Notes under the pieces: generated by a model
Databases searched by the model: none
The model's input: the letters and a program-made list of their open reading frames with translations, nothing else
What the model was told of the DNA's origin: nothing
Shown: in pieces, positions 31,387-42,260 of the stretch
Layout: every line of letters begins with the position of its first letter
Position numbering within the stretch: position 1 is the first letter of the stretch
Source: an uncultured Desulfospira sp.
Lineage (GTDB): Bacteria; Desulfobacterota; Desulfobacteria; Desulfobacterales; Desulfobacteraceae
Assembly (NCBI GenBank): GCA_963663165.1
Contig: OY760175.1
Coordinates: forward strand, 4,352,001-4,416,000
Length of the DNA stretch: 64,000 nt
Reading direction: 5' to 3'
Program-made: the position numbers and the translations under genes

Positions 31387-33876
31387 TCAGGGAGTGGCCG
31401 GCCGGCGGGTCCGGTCGGCATTCAGGAGCAGTTCTTTGAGGGCTCTGGCCGACCGGGCCCTGAGCCATTTATGCTCAAACCTGGGGTCCATGACAATCTT
31501 GGCAATGGCCGACAGGGCCTCCAGGTGAAAGTTTCGTTCGTCCCTTGTCCCCACCAGCACAAAGGCGGCATGAACGCCCGGGGCCTGGGGCGAAAAAATG
31601 ATGCCCTTCCGGCTCCGGACAATGAGCATGCCGAACTGGTTTTCCCCTTCAATGATGATATGGGGGATGGCCAGTCCCGGGGCCAGCACCGTGGTCATTT
31701 CGGCTTCTCTCTGACTGAGCATTTCAAACAGGGTGGATGCCGCAATGTTCACCTGCCGGCTCATCTGTTTTGCGGCCAGCTCAAAAAAGGCGTCCTGGTC
31801 CATTTCCTGCTTGAGATCGGCCACCACCGCCTTTTCCACCAGAAGATCAAACCGGTCCCTTTGCCCGTTCTCAGGCAGATAAAGGGGTTTTCCGTCCTGT
31901 TTTAATTGTTCAGGCACGGCCTTTTCCACCAGGTTCAATGCGGCCTGGCCCTCGTTTTGGCCAAACCGAAGGGCAATTTCCCTTAAGGCCGCCGTGGTGC
32001 CCATGACCGTGACCCGGTCCCCGGACTCCAGCCGGGTAAACCCATGGGGGACATAGAGGGTTCCCCTGCGCCGGACGGCCATGATCACCGAGTCAAAGGG
32101 CAGGCGAAGGTCTCTTAAGGAAAGGCCTGCAAGATCCGGGTTCCGGACCGTCACGTCAGCCACATCCCGGCCCCGGTGAAATCCCATGAGCAGGGACGCT
32201 GCCCCCGGTGCCCGGACAAAGTGGTCCAGGAGCCCGATAATGGCCGTGGACGGGTCCACCACCAATACGTTGAGGTCCTCAAACGCGTCAAGGTTGCTCC
32301 GGTCATTGAGCCGGGCCACCAGGGTCTGGGTGGCAAAATGTTCAAAGGCGGTTTCGCAGATCTCCAGGTTTTCCCTGTCGCTTAACAGGGCAACAATGGC
32401 TGTTGCAGTTTTGCACTGGATTTTTTCAAGGGATGGGCAGTCAAAGGCGTCCACCACCTGGACCGGTATCTGGGGGCTGTTTTCTAAGGCGGCGGTGGTG
32501 GAACCGCCCCTTGGCTGGGCCAGTTTCACCTTCCAACCATGGGAAAACAGGGTATGGGCCAGGGCCGTGGACTGGCTGTCGGTTCCAAAAATTACCACAT
32601 TTCGTGGTGCGGTGACAGCATTGGGCCTGGCCGGGGGATGATCTTCTTTCATCTTCTTGATGGCCACCTTGAACAATGGGGGGCCCACGATCTGGTTAAG
32701 GACAATAACCGATATCATTATCGTGGAAAAAGAAGGTCCCCACTGGGGAAATTCCATGCCCGCTTCCTTGGCCAGGCCAAGCCCCACGCCGGCCTGGGTG
32801 ATAAAGGCCATCCAGTAGGTCTGGCTGGCTTTGGTTCCGGCACTGGAAAGAAAGCCGCCCAAAAAAGACCCGGTAAATATGGCAAGGATGCGGACCCCGA
32901 ACAGGATCAGGGCGATAAACCAGGTATCGGCCAGGATATCCAGCCGGATGGAGGCCCCGGTCAGGGTGAAAAAGGCAATGTAAATGCCGGGGCCGGAACG
33001 GTTGAGAAGGTCCAGAAACTCTTTGCGGTACCGCCGGGCATTGGCGGTTAAAAATCCGGCCACCATGCAGACCAGAAGCGGTTCAATGAGAATTTCAACA
33101 TTCATCTGACGGTGGGTCCAGGAGCGAAGGGCAAAAGAACCGATAAATACAAGATAGCCGGTTAAGAGGACCAGCACGGATTTAAAAAAAAAGCGGGCTG
33201 GAAGCCGGAGGATGAGAAACAAGACTCCCGCCACCGGAATGCCCATAGACATGGACAACCCAATCTCCAGGGCCAGAAAAAAGACAAATCCGGCATTCCC
33301 GGTTAACCCGGTCAGAAGGGCATCCGCCACGGTGGTGGCTGCGGCAAACAGCACGATAACCACCACGTCCATGATCACCGTCACCCCCATGACCGTCCGT
33401 GTAAACCGGCCCTTGGCCCTGAGCTCATTGATAATGGCAATGGCCGAGGACGGGCTTCGTGCCACCAGAATGGCGCCGCCAAGGATGGCCACGGCAATTC
33501 TTCCTGAAACCGGCATGGCCGCCATGAAAGGGATGTGGCCGGCAAGGGAAAACAAGGCCAGAGAACCCAATGTAAAGGTTGAGATCACAAGGCCCGACGT
33601 GATCCATCCAATGGCCGCCAGCCGTGACTTAAGCTCTTTAAGGTAGAGTTCCCCGCCGGCGGCAAAAGCGATGAGCCCCAAAGAGACCTGATCCACAAAG
33701 GTCAGGGAGGAAACGGCTTGACTCGGAATCAGGTTCAGAACATAAGGCCCGGCAATGATGCCGGTGAATAAAAACCCGCTGATCAGGGGAAAGCCAACCT
33801 GCTTAAATGTGTCGCCGATCTGCCTGGCAGCCAGGGCAATGATGCAGAATCCTGCGGCAAATACAAGAGAGTCCAT
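31387..33876 (-). CDS. Cation:proton antiporter fused to TrkA-N/TrkA-C (RCK) and PTS EIIA-like domains
   Basis: About 12 TM helices; NVVIFG; LAGLSLRDL...LESGDRV; GLAIPH EIIA phospho-His motif. Confidence 0.85.
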   Translation of the reverse strand: MDSLVFAAGFCIIALAARQIGDTFKQVGFPLISGFLFTGIIAGPYVLNLIPSQAVSSLTFVDQVSLGLIAFAAGGELYLKELKSRLAAIGWITSGLVISTFTLGSLALFSLAGHIPFMAAMPVSGRIAVAILGGAILVARSPSSAIAIINELRAKGRFTRTVMGVTVIMDVVVIVLFAAATTVADALLTGLTGNAGFVFFLALEIGLSMSMGIPVAGVLFLILRLPARFFFKSVLVLLTGYLVFIGSFALRSWTHRQMNVEILIEPLLVCMVAGFLTANARRYRKEFLDLLNRSGPGIYIAFFTLTGASIRLDILADTWFIALILFGVRILAIFTGSFLGGFLSSAGTKASQTYWMAFITQAGVGLGLAKEAGMEFPQWGPSFSTIMISVIVLNQIVGPPLFKVAIKKMKEDHPPARPNAVTAPRNVVIFGTDSQSTALAHTLFSHGWKVKLAQPRGGSTTAALENSPQIPVQVVDAFDCPSLEKIQCKTATAIVALLSDRENLEICETAFEHFATQTLVARLNDRSNLDAFEDLNVLVVDPSTAIIGLLDHFVRAPGAASLLMGFHRGRDVADVTVRNPDLAGLSLRDLRLPFDSVIMAVRRRGTLYVPHGFTRLESGDRVTVMGTTAALREIALRFGQNEGQAALNLVEKAVPEQLKQDGKPLYLPENGQRDRFDLLVEKAVVADLKQEMDQDAFFELAAKQMSRQVNIAASTLFEMLSQREAEMTTVLAPGLAIPHIIIEGENQFGMLIVRSRKGIIFSPQAPGVHAAFVLVGTRDERNFHLEALSAIAKIVMDPRFEHKWLRARSARALKELLLNADRTRRPATP

Positions 33877-33980
33877 ATCCTGATCCGTTTGAGGTTTTTC
33901 CCCTCACTTTAACACGAAAAGTCTGATGGGAAAATCTATATATTATGACAGCCGGAACTGGACAACATGTTGCGGCGGTT

Positions 33981-34008
33981 GTAGGGGCGATTCATGAATC
34001 GCCCCTAC
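33981..34008. repeat. Perfect 28-bp GTAG-type REP palindrome
   Basis: GTAGGGGCGATTCATGAATCGCCCCTAC equals its own reverse complement; 4 nt beyond the MCP stop. Confidence 0.85.
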
Positions 34009-34012
34009 CGCT

Positions 34013-35965
34013 TTATGATAACCGGAACTGGTTTACCATGGCATTAAGGTTCTCCGCCAGCCGGGACAATTCGCTGGCGCTGGTAAAAATCTGTCTGCTG
34101 CCGGTGTTCATCTCTTCGGTGGCATTGCTGACCTCGGTAATATCCTTTGCGACCTCAGCGGCCACAAGAGAGGTCTGGTTTACATTGCCATTGACTTCCT
34201 GGACCCCCTGTGAGGCCTGGGCAACGTTGTTGGCGATTTCCTGGGTAGTGGCGGCCTGCTCTTCAATGGCAGAGGCCACCGTGGTAACGATCCCATTGAC
34301 CTCATTGATGATTTCCACAATGGATTCAATGGCGGCGACAGCCTCATTGGTGGTGGTCTGGACCCCTTGAATTTTATCGTTGATCTCCCGTGTTGCCTCG
34401 GCCGTCTGCTGGGCCAGGGCCTTAATCTCCCCGGCCACAACGGCAAAGCCTTTGCCGGCCTCACCGGCCCTGGCCGCCTCAATGGTTGCGTTAAGGGCCA
34501 GTAGGTTGGTCTGCTCGGATATATCCGCGATGGTTTCGGTGACCTTGCTGATCTCGGATGCCGCCATGCCTAAGTCATCGACCTTTAAGGATACCTGCCT
34601 GGCGGTTTCGACGGCCCTGGCTGTTGTCTCGCTGCTTTTGGCGGTGTTGCCGGCAATTTCATTGATGGTGGACGACATCTGCTCGGCAGCGGCAACAATC
34701 ATCTGGATATTTACCGTGGTCTGCTCTGCGGCGGCGGCAACACTGTTCATGTGGGTTGTCATTTCTTCAGCAGCGGCAGCCACATTATTGGAACGTTCTG
34801 CCGTCTGTTCCGAACTCGTGGTGATCTGTTCCGAAACGGCTGATAATTGCGTTGAAGTGGCGGTCAGGGTCTGTACGCCGTTTGTGATGTCCGTGAGCAT
34901 CTGGATTAGATTTTCAGCCATATATTTCATGTCGCTGTATACCCCTTTATTCTTTGCCGGGTCAAATTCGATGGCCAGATTTCCATTGGCAATACTGTGG
35001 GTCATATCGGCGATATCGGCCGGGTCACTTCCGAGCTGTGACAAAACACTTTTTTTGATGAAAAAGGCGGTTCCAATACCTAAGGCAACCGCCAGAATTG
35101 CGACCCCGATGATCAGCCGCTTGGCGTTGATGATTTGCCGGTCGGTTTTCTGCTGCTGTCTGTCCAGGGACAGTTTAACAAGGTTCTGGACGTTGCGGGC
35201 GCATGCCACCATGGTATCGTTAATATCGTTTTGTGAGTCTTTCAGGGCCTTGAGCCTGGAAAAGGCCTGGCGGTATTCATCTGAGGCCTGAACGATCGGC
35301 TTGCTGTCCTTTCCTGCGGCCACGATCTGATCAAGTATGCTGTTGACCTTGATGAAATAGGATTCATCTTTGCGGATCAAAAAGTTTTTTTCATGACGCC
35401 GGCATTGCAGCACCAATCGGATAATGGCCTCGGCGTTCTCAGCACTTTTCATTAACCCTGTGATCTGCCCGGCACCGGCATCCTGATCCATCAGGCGTTC
35501 ACATTCAGCCCGGTCCGCATCAAGAATGGCTTTGGCGGCAGCTTCCATCAGCCGTGCCGATGTTACCATTGCCTTGTCAGCTTCTTTTACACTGTTTTCC
35601 ATGCTGATATAAGTATCAAATGCCTGCCGGTATTTATCGGCCATCCCGGCCATGTCTTCCAGCTGCCGGAGGGTTTCGGGATCAGTTGACCGGTGTTTGA
35701 TGGCATTAATCTGTTTTTGAATTAAATCTGATTGCTCAATGACCGCACTTACATAGGACTCCTCTCCTCTGATGATAAAGTTTTTCTCCTGCTGCCGAGA
35801 CTCATACATGGTCATGGTCAGATTCCCGGTGTCAATGGCATCGCTCATTTGCCTGACCACCTTTGAAAGTCCGGTAAAGCCGGCGGCAGCAGCCACTATC
35901 AGCAGTACCAGAACAATGCCGAATCCTATACTGATTTTTGTTCCGAGTTTTAAATTGGTTGACAT
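34013..35965 (-). CDS. Methyl-accepting chemotaxis protein (HBM-like sensor)
   Basis: Two TM helices, duplicated RxxEKNF, QTNLLALNATIEAARAGEAGKGFAVVA. Confidence 0.95.
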   Translation of the reverse strand: MSTNLKLGTKISIGFGIVLVLLIVAAAAGFTGLSKVVRQMSDAIDTGNLTMTMYESRQQEKNFIIRGEESYVSAVIEQSDLIQKQINAIKHRSTDPETLRQLEDMAGMADKYRQAFDTYISMENSVKEADKAMVTSARLMEAAAKAILDADRAECERLMDQDAGAGQITGLMKSAENAEAIIRLVLQCRRHEKNFLIRKDESYFIKVNSILDQIVAAGKDSKPIVQASDEYRQAFSRLKALKDSQNDINDTMVACARNVQNLVKLSLDRQQQKTDRQIINAKRLIIGVAILAVALGIGTAFFIKKSVLSQLGSDPADIADMTHSIANGNLAIEFDPAKNKGVYSDMKYMAENLIQMLTDITNGVQTLTATSTQLSAVSEQITTSSEQTAERSNNVAAAAEEMTTHMNSVAAAAEQTTVNIQMIVAAAEQMSSTINEIAGNTAKSSETTARAVETARQVSLKVDDLGMAASEISKVTETIADISEQTNLLALNATIEAARAGEAGKGFAVVAGEIKALAQQTAEATREINDKIQGVQTTTNEAVAAIESIVEIINEVNGIVTTVASAIEEQAATTQEIANNVAQASQGVQEVNGNVNQTSLVAAEVAKDITEVSNATEEMNTGSRQIFTSASELSRLAENLNAMVNQFRLS

Positions 35966-36499
35966 GCTTTTTGTTCTCCTGTTCTGCTTGTTTTACACAA
36001 ATCATGATGGTATCCCAGATACCCAAAGCTTTTTTCCAGGTGGTTAACACGCCTTTCAACGTGGTTGGCAACGGCACCCCGGCCTTTCCCAAGGATACGG
36101 ATCAATTGGGCCTGCAAATATGGGTGGGCCTGCAAGTATAGGACCATAATGAAAGCGCCATATGCATGGGGTGATTGATAAGGAAAAGAATGGCTGAACC
36201 GATTGAAATATAAGGGGAAAGTAGATGGTTATCCTGGTCCCGGTGATAAAAAAGAGATCGAAACCGGTTTTTCAAAAAAATGTCTGTCCGGTTTACAGGG
36301 TGAAAATAAACTTGACGCCCGGTGCTATTTCGCTGGGTTGATGAAACTCACAGATTGACAAAGGTTTTGTTTGAGTTCATGTTTCAATGTGTGAACTTCT
36401 AAAGGAGGGTGACATGGATACAGATTTATCTGGTATTTGGGGGAAATGAAAACGCCTATCACGCCATTGAAACTGCGGGGTGTTTCCAGATTTCCGTTT

Positions 36500-36551
36500 A
36501 TATGAAGCACTGATAAACAGTTACGGACCCTGTTTTTGCTTAGTTTTCAGC
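36500..36551. repeat. Partial copy of the GTAAC-ended element at 42109-42260
   Basis: About 52 bp nearly identical to 42192-42243. Confidence 0.7.
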
Positions 36552-36637
36552 CAAAATCGTTCAAACCATGAAAGATTAAGGCAAACAGGCTGAAGGGAAT
36601 TAAAACCCTGAATCCCTTCAGCCTGAACACTTGGCCG

Positions 36638-38284
36638 CTATTGATATTCAGCCCGGATGTCTTTTTTGCTGATTTTACCCACGGATGTCTTGGGGATGGC
36701 ATGGGTAAAGACGATTTTTGAGGGGATACCGTATTTGGGAATCCGCCCCTCTTCCACAAATTTCATGCAGAAATTTGTGATTTCATCTTCGGTAACATCA
36801 TTCTGATACTCTTGTCTGAGGATAACCATGGCCAGGGGGCGTTCCCCCCATTTTTCATCGGGGACCCCAACCACGGCCACTTCGTTTACGGCGTGGTGCT
36901 GGCTGATGATGTCCTCCACATCCAGGGATGAAATCCACTCGCCCCCGGTTTTGATAACATCCTTGAGCCGGTCCGTGATTTTTAGATACCCTTCTTCATC
37001 TATCACTCCGATATCCCCGGTGTGAAGCCAGCCGTTTTCCCATAGATCCCGTCCCTTTTCTTCCGATTTGACATACCCCTGGGTCAGCCATGGGGCCCGG
37101 ACCACCACTTCGCCCGGGGTTTTGCCGTCATGGGGAAGGGGCTTGCCCTCGACGTCGGTGATTTCCAGAATCACGTTGGGGATGGGAAGGCCGGTTTTAC
37201 ACCGGATTTCGGCCTGCCGGTCTTCGTCCCACTCCATCATATGGGGTTTGATCAGGGCCAGGGACAGCACCGGGCAGGTTTCAGACATGCCGTATCCGGT
37301 ATACAGGTTAATACCGTGTTTTAAAGCCTCAAGGCAAAGTCCCTTTGACAGGGATGACCCGCCAATGATTACCTTCCAGCCGGATATATCCACCTGTTTA
37401 ATGGCCGGGCTGGTCACCAGCATGTTCAGGATGGTGGGAACGCAGTGGGAATAGGTGACTTTTTCGCCCACGATGAGCTTGAGCAGCATCTCCGGTTCAT
37501 ACCGGCCCGGGTAGACCTGCTTGGCCCCCAAGAGGGTCATCAGGTAGGGCATACCCCAGGCGTGAACATGGAACATGGGGGTCATGGGCATGTAGACGTC
37601 GGCCGAAGTGATGTTGGCCTGGGACTTGTAGGCGGTAAGGCCCGCCATGACCCCAAAGGTATGAAGCACAATCTGCCGGTGGCTGAAAAACACCCCCTTG
37701 GGCAGGCCGGTGGTGCCGGTGGTGTAAAAGGTGGTGGCCATGGTGTTTTCATCGAAATCCGGGAAATCATACTCAGCCGGGGCCGCACTGACCATCGCTT
37801 CATATTCCCCGTCAAATTCAAGTTCGGATTCGGGGAAGTTCCCTTTGTCCGAGAGCAGGATGACTTTTTTCACCGTTTCAAACCGGTCTTTAACCGATGA
37901 AAGCAGCGGAACAAACTCTTCATTGACCAGGATCACGTCGTCTTCGGCATGGTTGATGGTGTAGATGAGCTGTTCCGAGGTCAGCCGGATGTTAATGGTA
38001 TGAAGCACCGCCCCCATCATGGGCACGGCAAAGAAGCACTCCAGGTACCGGTGGGAGTCCCAGTCCATGACCGCCACGGTGTCCCCGGGTTTTACCCCCT
38101 GGGCCGTGAGCATGGCCGCGAGCTGCTTGACCCGCTGACCAAAAGTGCGGTAGGTGTACCGGTGAACATCCCGGTAGATGATTTCCTGATCCGGGGAATA
38201 GATCAGGGGGGTGTTTAACAGGTTTTTAATGAGAAGGGGGTAGGCATAGGCCGTGTCAACGGCGGGGATGAGTTTGGTTTTCAT
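36638..38284 (-). CDS. Fatty acid-CoA ligase (AlkK/DmdB-like)
   Basis: YTTGTTGLPKG, GYGMSET, WLHTGD, DRLKDVIKTGGEWISS, PKTSVGK. Confidence 0.93.
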   Translation of the reverse strand: MKTKLIPAVDTAYAYPLLIKNLLNTPLIYSPDQEIIYRDVHRYTYRTFGQRVKQLAAMLTAQGVKPGDTVAVMDWDSHRYLECFFAVPMMGAVLHTINIRLTSEQLIYTINHAEDDVILVNEEFVPLLSSVKDRFETVKKVILLSDKGNFPESELEFDGEYEAMVSAAPAEYDFPDFDENTMATTFYTTGTTGLPKGVFFSHRQIVLHTFGVMAGLTAYKSQANITSADVYMPMTPMFHVHAWGMPYLMTLLGAKQVYPGRYEPEMLLKLIVGEKVTYSHCVPTILNMLVTSPAIKQVDISGWKVIIGGSSLSKGLCLEALKHGINLYTGYGMSETCPVLSLALIKPHMMEWDEDRQAEIRCKTGLPIPNVILEITDVEGKPLPHDGKTPGEVVVRAPWLTQGYVKSEEKGRDLWENGWLHTGDIGVIDEEGYLKITDRLKDVIKTGGEWISSLDVEDIISQHHAVNEVAVVGVPDEKWGERPLAMVILRQEYQNDVTEDEITNFCMKFVEEGRIPKYGIPSKIVFTHAIPKTSVGKISKKDIRAEYQ

Positions 38285-38592
38285 GGGGCCTCCTTGGTTT
38301 AGCGGTTAGCTGTTAGCAATTAGCCGTTAGCCGGCTTCTAAGGGCTGCCAAAGGCGTTAACCATTCATACACGGAGCTGGAAAGGAAAAAAATCGGTGGG
38401 CGGCTGAACCCCGGGTATGGGGTTTCCCCAAATTTTTGTAGGCGGATTGCCTACATCTTTTTTGACGGTGGATGGGGAAGGGTATTGAGGGCAGAGAAAC
38501 CCGGGTCCGGTTTAAACCGCTGTCAAACGGGGAGATGAGGTGGTATGCCCGGACCCGGGAAACCTTATAAAAAGGGCTTTTTAATTCATTGT

Positions 38593-39426
38593 TTACTGTC
38601 TGGTTAACTGGATCAGGCCGTCAACCCAATGCTCATTTGTCGTTAACGTGGTTTCCCAGGGCAAATACCCGGGCAGTTCTATTTTTAATGTATAATCTTT
38701 GCCTTTGGGCAGGTTTTCAAATTCAAAGTCGCCAAACCCGTTGGCGTTAACGGATTGGGTGGTGCCGTTTCCGGACAGGGTCACCTGGGCATCCCTGGCC
38801 ACCTCCTGGACATCGGGACAAAAAACCGTACCGGCCACCAGCATCCCCGGCACATTGAGATAGGTCACCAGGGGATTTAAGCCGCTGTCCCCGGGCTCTA
38901 ATACCACAGACCCCCGGGCTATTTTTTTTGCCACCTCACTGTTGGGGTCTTCCAGGTCGCCAAAGGTTAAGGCCTGGGTGGGACAGACTTCCACACAGCG
39001 CGGTTCTTTATATCCCTGGTCCAGCCAGTGGGCGCACAGGGTACATTTCTGGGGCAGGTTTTCTGCTTCATTCCAGTAGATGGCGTTATAGGGGCAGGCC
39101 TCCACCAGCTGCTTCTGGCCTTTGGCTTTCAAGGGGTCAATCAGCACGATGCCGTCATCCCGGCGGATCACAGCATGGTCTGTTGCCGCCTTTTCACAGG
39201 GGGCATCCTGGCAGTGCATGCAGGGGATGGGAAAGGTGGCCACCTTAACCCGGGCGGATTTGCCCCGTTCCACATCTTTTATATCCATCCAGCGGTGGCC
39301 CATGTGGGGCTGGGCAGCGGTGACCGGCAGATGCGCCTGATTGCAGTGCTCATCTTTGCAGGCAAGAAAACAGGCATAACAGCTGGTACACAGGTCGACA
39401 TCAATTACCATTGCATATTTGGTCAT
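38593..39426 (-). CDS. 4Fe-4S beta subunit of a pyrogallol transhydroxylase-like enzyme (BthL-like)
   Basis: CTSCYACFLACKDEH, CMHCQDAPC, CPY, KCTLC...CVEVCP; C-terminal beta-sandwich (NGFGDFEF). Confidence 0.88.
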   Translation of the reverse strand: MTKYAMVIDVDLCTSCYACFLACKDEHCNQAHLPVTAAQPHMGHRWMDIKDVERGKSARVKVATFPIPCMHCQDAPCEKAATDHAVIRRDDGIVLIDPLKAKGQKQLVEACPYNAIYWNEAENLPQKCTLCAHWLDQGYKEPRCVEVCPTQALTFGDLEDPNSEVAKKIARGSVVLEPGDSGLNPLVTYLNVPGMLVAGTVFCPDVQEVARDAQVTLSGNGTTQSVNANGFGDFEFENLPKGKDYTLKIELPGYLPWETTLTTNEHWVDGLIQLTRQ

Positions 39427-39427
39427 C

Positions 39428-41929
39428 CTATTTGTCCTCCCATTTTACAATATCAATCAGTGTGGAATTCTGGGCCATTCCGGCCACATTTTTGGACATA
39501 AACCGGGACGATGTCAGCAGGTTCACGCAGCCGCCCTTATCCATGCTCGGTTTTCCCGGCTCAACCGGGCTGTAAATTCCCGATGAGGTAAAGCAGTGGA
39601 TAACATTAAACCGGACCCGTTCGGTCAGCTGGGCAATGCCCAAGACCTCTCCCCGGTCATTGAACATTTTGACCATATCCCCGGTCTGTATCCCTTTGTC
39701 CTTTGCGTTATCCGGATGGACACGGACAACAATATAAGGATGGCCGTCTTTGATGATACGATGCTCGGGAATTTCCCACAGCCACTTGGCATGGGCGTCA
39801 TAGTGGGTATGAAACCCGTGGCGGGGGTGGGGGCTGATCAGATGAAAGGGGTATTTTTCGTATAACGCTGATTTATGGCCTTCCCAGCTGTCTTTGTAGC
39901 CGGGCAGGGGGCTGCGTTCGGTATCATCGGGCTCAAAATGCTTCAGGCTTTCCGACACAAACTCAATTTTTCCGGAATAGGTGTTTAAGGTTTTGGTCTT
40001 TTTGGGTGAAGAGTCCGGGGTGTCACAGACCCGGTCCTCATAAAACCACCGGTAGGCCGGGGTGGGTTTATGGTCTTCGGACAGCGGAATCATATAGTAC
40101 CCTTTTTTCTCGAACTCCTCCCAGCTGATGTATTGGGGAAGATCGGAATAATCAAAGAACCGTCTGACCCACCCTTTTTCATCCAGCCCTTCGGAATAGT
40201 CGTCACCAAACCCTAAGCGCTCGGCAAGTTCCAGGAATATCTGGTAGTCGGATTTGGATTCATGCAGGGGCTCTATACATTTTTTTTGCAGTACGACCAG
40301 CCGGCGGTTGCAGGAGTTGACCCCATGGGCGGAATATCCGCCGGAACTGGATGATTCGCCAATGTCATCCCGCTCTAAATTGGTGCAGGCCGGCAAAATA
40401 ATATCGGCAAACCGGGATTCCGGGGTTTCCCAGATATCCTGGCTGACCACGCATTCCAGATTCGGGCTCTGGTACATGTCAACATACTTATTGGTTTCGG
40501 TCATGGTACCGATAAAAGAGCCGCCGTACCGGTAAAAGAGCTTGACCTCGGAATGGCCGGCCATGGGATAGTGGTACCGGTTGAACTGCTGCTCTAAAGT
40601 CTCGCCGCAGAATCCGTCCCCCATCCAGCTGACCGGTGCCTCGGTAATGGCCTTGGGCAGCAGGATACGGTATAATTTTTGTTTCACCGGATTGACCGGG
40701 GCAATGTTGGCAATGGCGGGGCTGGCAATGTTGCCGTCCTTATCGGCATACCCGGGGAAAATCACATCGGTGTTGATGGGGGCGCCCATCACCGCCGGCC
40801 AGAAGTTGGTGCCCGGTTTTCCCATTCCCTGCATGGCAGACAGCAGGATCATATACCGGGACAGCTCATGGCCAAAGGCCGAGCGCATGGAGCCGCCCCA
40901 GCCGCCCCGGGCCCCGCAGGACAGCATGGTCTTGTGGCCGGCCCATTCCCTGGCCAGGGCCTTAATGGTCGCCTGGTCAAGTTCGGTTAATTCTTCGGCA
41001 TATTTGGGGTTTTTTGGCTTTCCGTCGCTGTTTCCCAGGATATAATCTTTAAATTCGTCAAATCCGTGGGCCTTTTTCCCGATAAAATCTTTGTCGTACA
41101 GGTCTTCGGTGATCCAGACATGGGCAATGGCTTCGGCCAGGGCGGTTTCAGTCCCGGGACGGGGGGCCAGCCATTTATAGGCATCTTTCTGGGCCGTCCA
41201 GTTGCAGAAGGGATCAATATAGACCATCTTGATGCCCAGTTTTTTCATCCACACCCGCCAGATGGCCGATTCCTGCCCGGCATAACATCCCCTTGTGGTA
41301 TCCGGATCACTGGACCAGTGGACAATCATTTCGGTATGCTGCAGGGCATCCTGGAGCATGTCATAATGCTCCGGGGCCCCCAGGCGCCACCAGTAACCGT
41401 AAACATGGGTGGCCCCCCAGTGAAACCCTTCCCAGGAGTCGGGGTTGTCAAAGATCTGGGTATAGCCAAGAAAGCTGAAAAACCGCCTGAACGCGCTCAT
41501 CTTATAACCGACGAGCCCCCAGTTGTGGTGGGAAGACGGAATTGCGGTAACCGCCTCTTTGCCGTAGGTGCTCTGGACCCGCTTGATTTCAGAGGATACC
41601 ATATCCAATGCCTCGTTCCAGCTGACCCGGCGGTAACCGGATTTGCCCCGGTTCTGGGGGTTTCTCTCGCCATTGGGATCAAAATCCTCACGAACCATTG
41701 GATATTTTATCCTGTCGTGGGAATAGGTCCGGTCTTTTTCGGTCATGACCACCTGGCCTAAGGTAACCTTTCTTAAGGGGGTGAAACTCTGGCCCCGGGC
41801 CTGAATGGTCCAGTCTTTCGGGTCGCTGTCATCCAGCTGCAACGGCCTGATACGGGTGATTTTTCCGCCATCCACATGAACATGCACCGGACCGCCCACA
41901 GTGCAGTTGGTCAATACTTTTTCCGCCAT
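39428..41929 (-). CDS. Molybdopterin catalytic subunit, pyrogallol transhydroxylase/resorcinol hydroxylase group (AthL-like)
   Basis: GGPVHVHV, FDPNGERNPQ, SSHHNWG, NPDSWEG (Ser Mo ligand), GGWGG, ADIILPACT; no Tat signal or N-terminal Fe-S motif. Confidence 0.9.
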   Translation of the reverse strand: MAEKVLTNCTVGGPVHVHVDGGKITRIRPLQLDDSDPKDWTIQARGQSFTPLRKVTLGQVVMTEKDRTYSHDRIKYPMVREDFDPNGERNPQNRGKSGYRRVSWNEALDMVSSEIKRVQSTYGKEAVTAIPSSHHNWGLVGYKMSAFRRFFSFLGYTQIFDNPDSWEGFHWGATHVYGYWWRLGAPEHYDMLQDALQHTEMIVHWSSDPDTTRGCYAGQESAIWRVWMKKLGIKMVYIDPFCNWTAQKDAYKWLAPRPGTETALAEAIAHVWITEDLYDKDFIGKKAHGFDEFKDYILGNSDGKPKNPKYAEELTELDQATIKALAREWAGHKTMLSCGARGGWGGSMRSAFGHELSRYMILLSAMQGMGKPGTNFWPAVMGAPINTDVIFPGYADKDGNIASPAIANIAPVNPVKQKLYRILLPKAITEAPVSWMGDGFCGETLEQQFNRYHYPMAGHSEVKLFYRYGGSFIGTMTETNKYVDMYQSPNLECVVSQDIWETPESRFADIILPACTNLERDDIGESSSSGGYSAHGVNSCNRRLVVLQKKCIEPLHESKSDYQIFLELAERLGFGDDYSEGLDEKGWVRRFFDYSDLPQYISWEEFEKKGYYMIPLSEDHKPTPAYRWFYEDRVCDTPDSSPKKTKTLNTYSGKIEFVSESLKHFEPDDTERSPLPGYKDSWEGHKSALYEKYPFHLISPHPRHGFHTHYDAHAKWLWEIPEHRIIKDGHPYIVVRVHPDNAKDKGIQTGDMVKMFNDRGEVLGIAQLTERVRFNVIHCFTSSGIYSPVEPGKPSMDKGGCVNLLTSSRFMSKNVAGMAQNSTLIDIVKWEDK

Positions 41930-41984
41930 GTCTGTTTATCCTTACGTTAGGGTGAAACTCATTTTCATGAAAGCAGGCGTTTAA

Positions 41985-42058
41985 TTAACCAGGCAATTTT
42001 TTAAAATCAGCAGAGACCTGAAAAAATCGTGACCAGCAACCACAAATTGCCTGGTTAA
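41985..42058. promoter_or_regulatory. 15-bp perfect inverted repeat upstream of the molybdoenzyme operon
   Basis: TTAACCAGGCAATTT 41985-41999 / AAATTGCCTGGTTAA 42044-42058. Confidence 0.5.
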
Positions 42059-42108
42059 CATAACGACATGATTTCCATTGGTTACATTAACCAGGGGCGT
42101 TACATTTT

Positions 42109-42260
42109 GTAACTGTTCAGCAGTGCCCCATCTTCGCTCATTCAGGCCTTCTCACATAGCAAAAGTATGCTACGAGGTCCTGACTAAACAAATATGAAGC
42201 ACTGATGAACAGTTACGGACCCCGGTTTTGCATAGTTTTCAGCTTTAGCTGAATAGCTAC
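42109..42260. mobile_element. 152-bp MITE with GTAA-type (IS66-like) termini
   Basis: GTAACTGTTCAGC / GCTGAATAGCTAC ends; 8-bp direct repeat TACATTTT at 42101-42108 and 42261-42268; internal extra end GCACTGATGAACAGTTAC at 42199-42216. Confidence 0.7.

Noticed and set aside
35966..36637. c-di-GMP riboswitch or small gene upstream of the MCP
   Set aside because: No GGCAAA...GACGCAAAGC-type consensus was found, and the short ORFs have no recognisable motifs.
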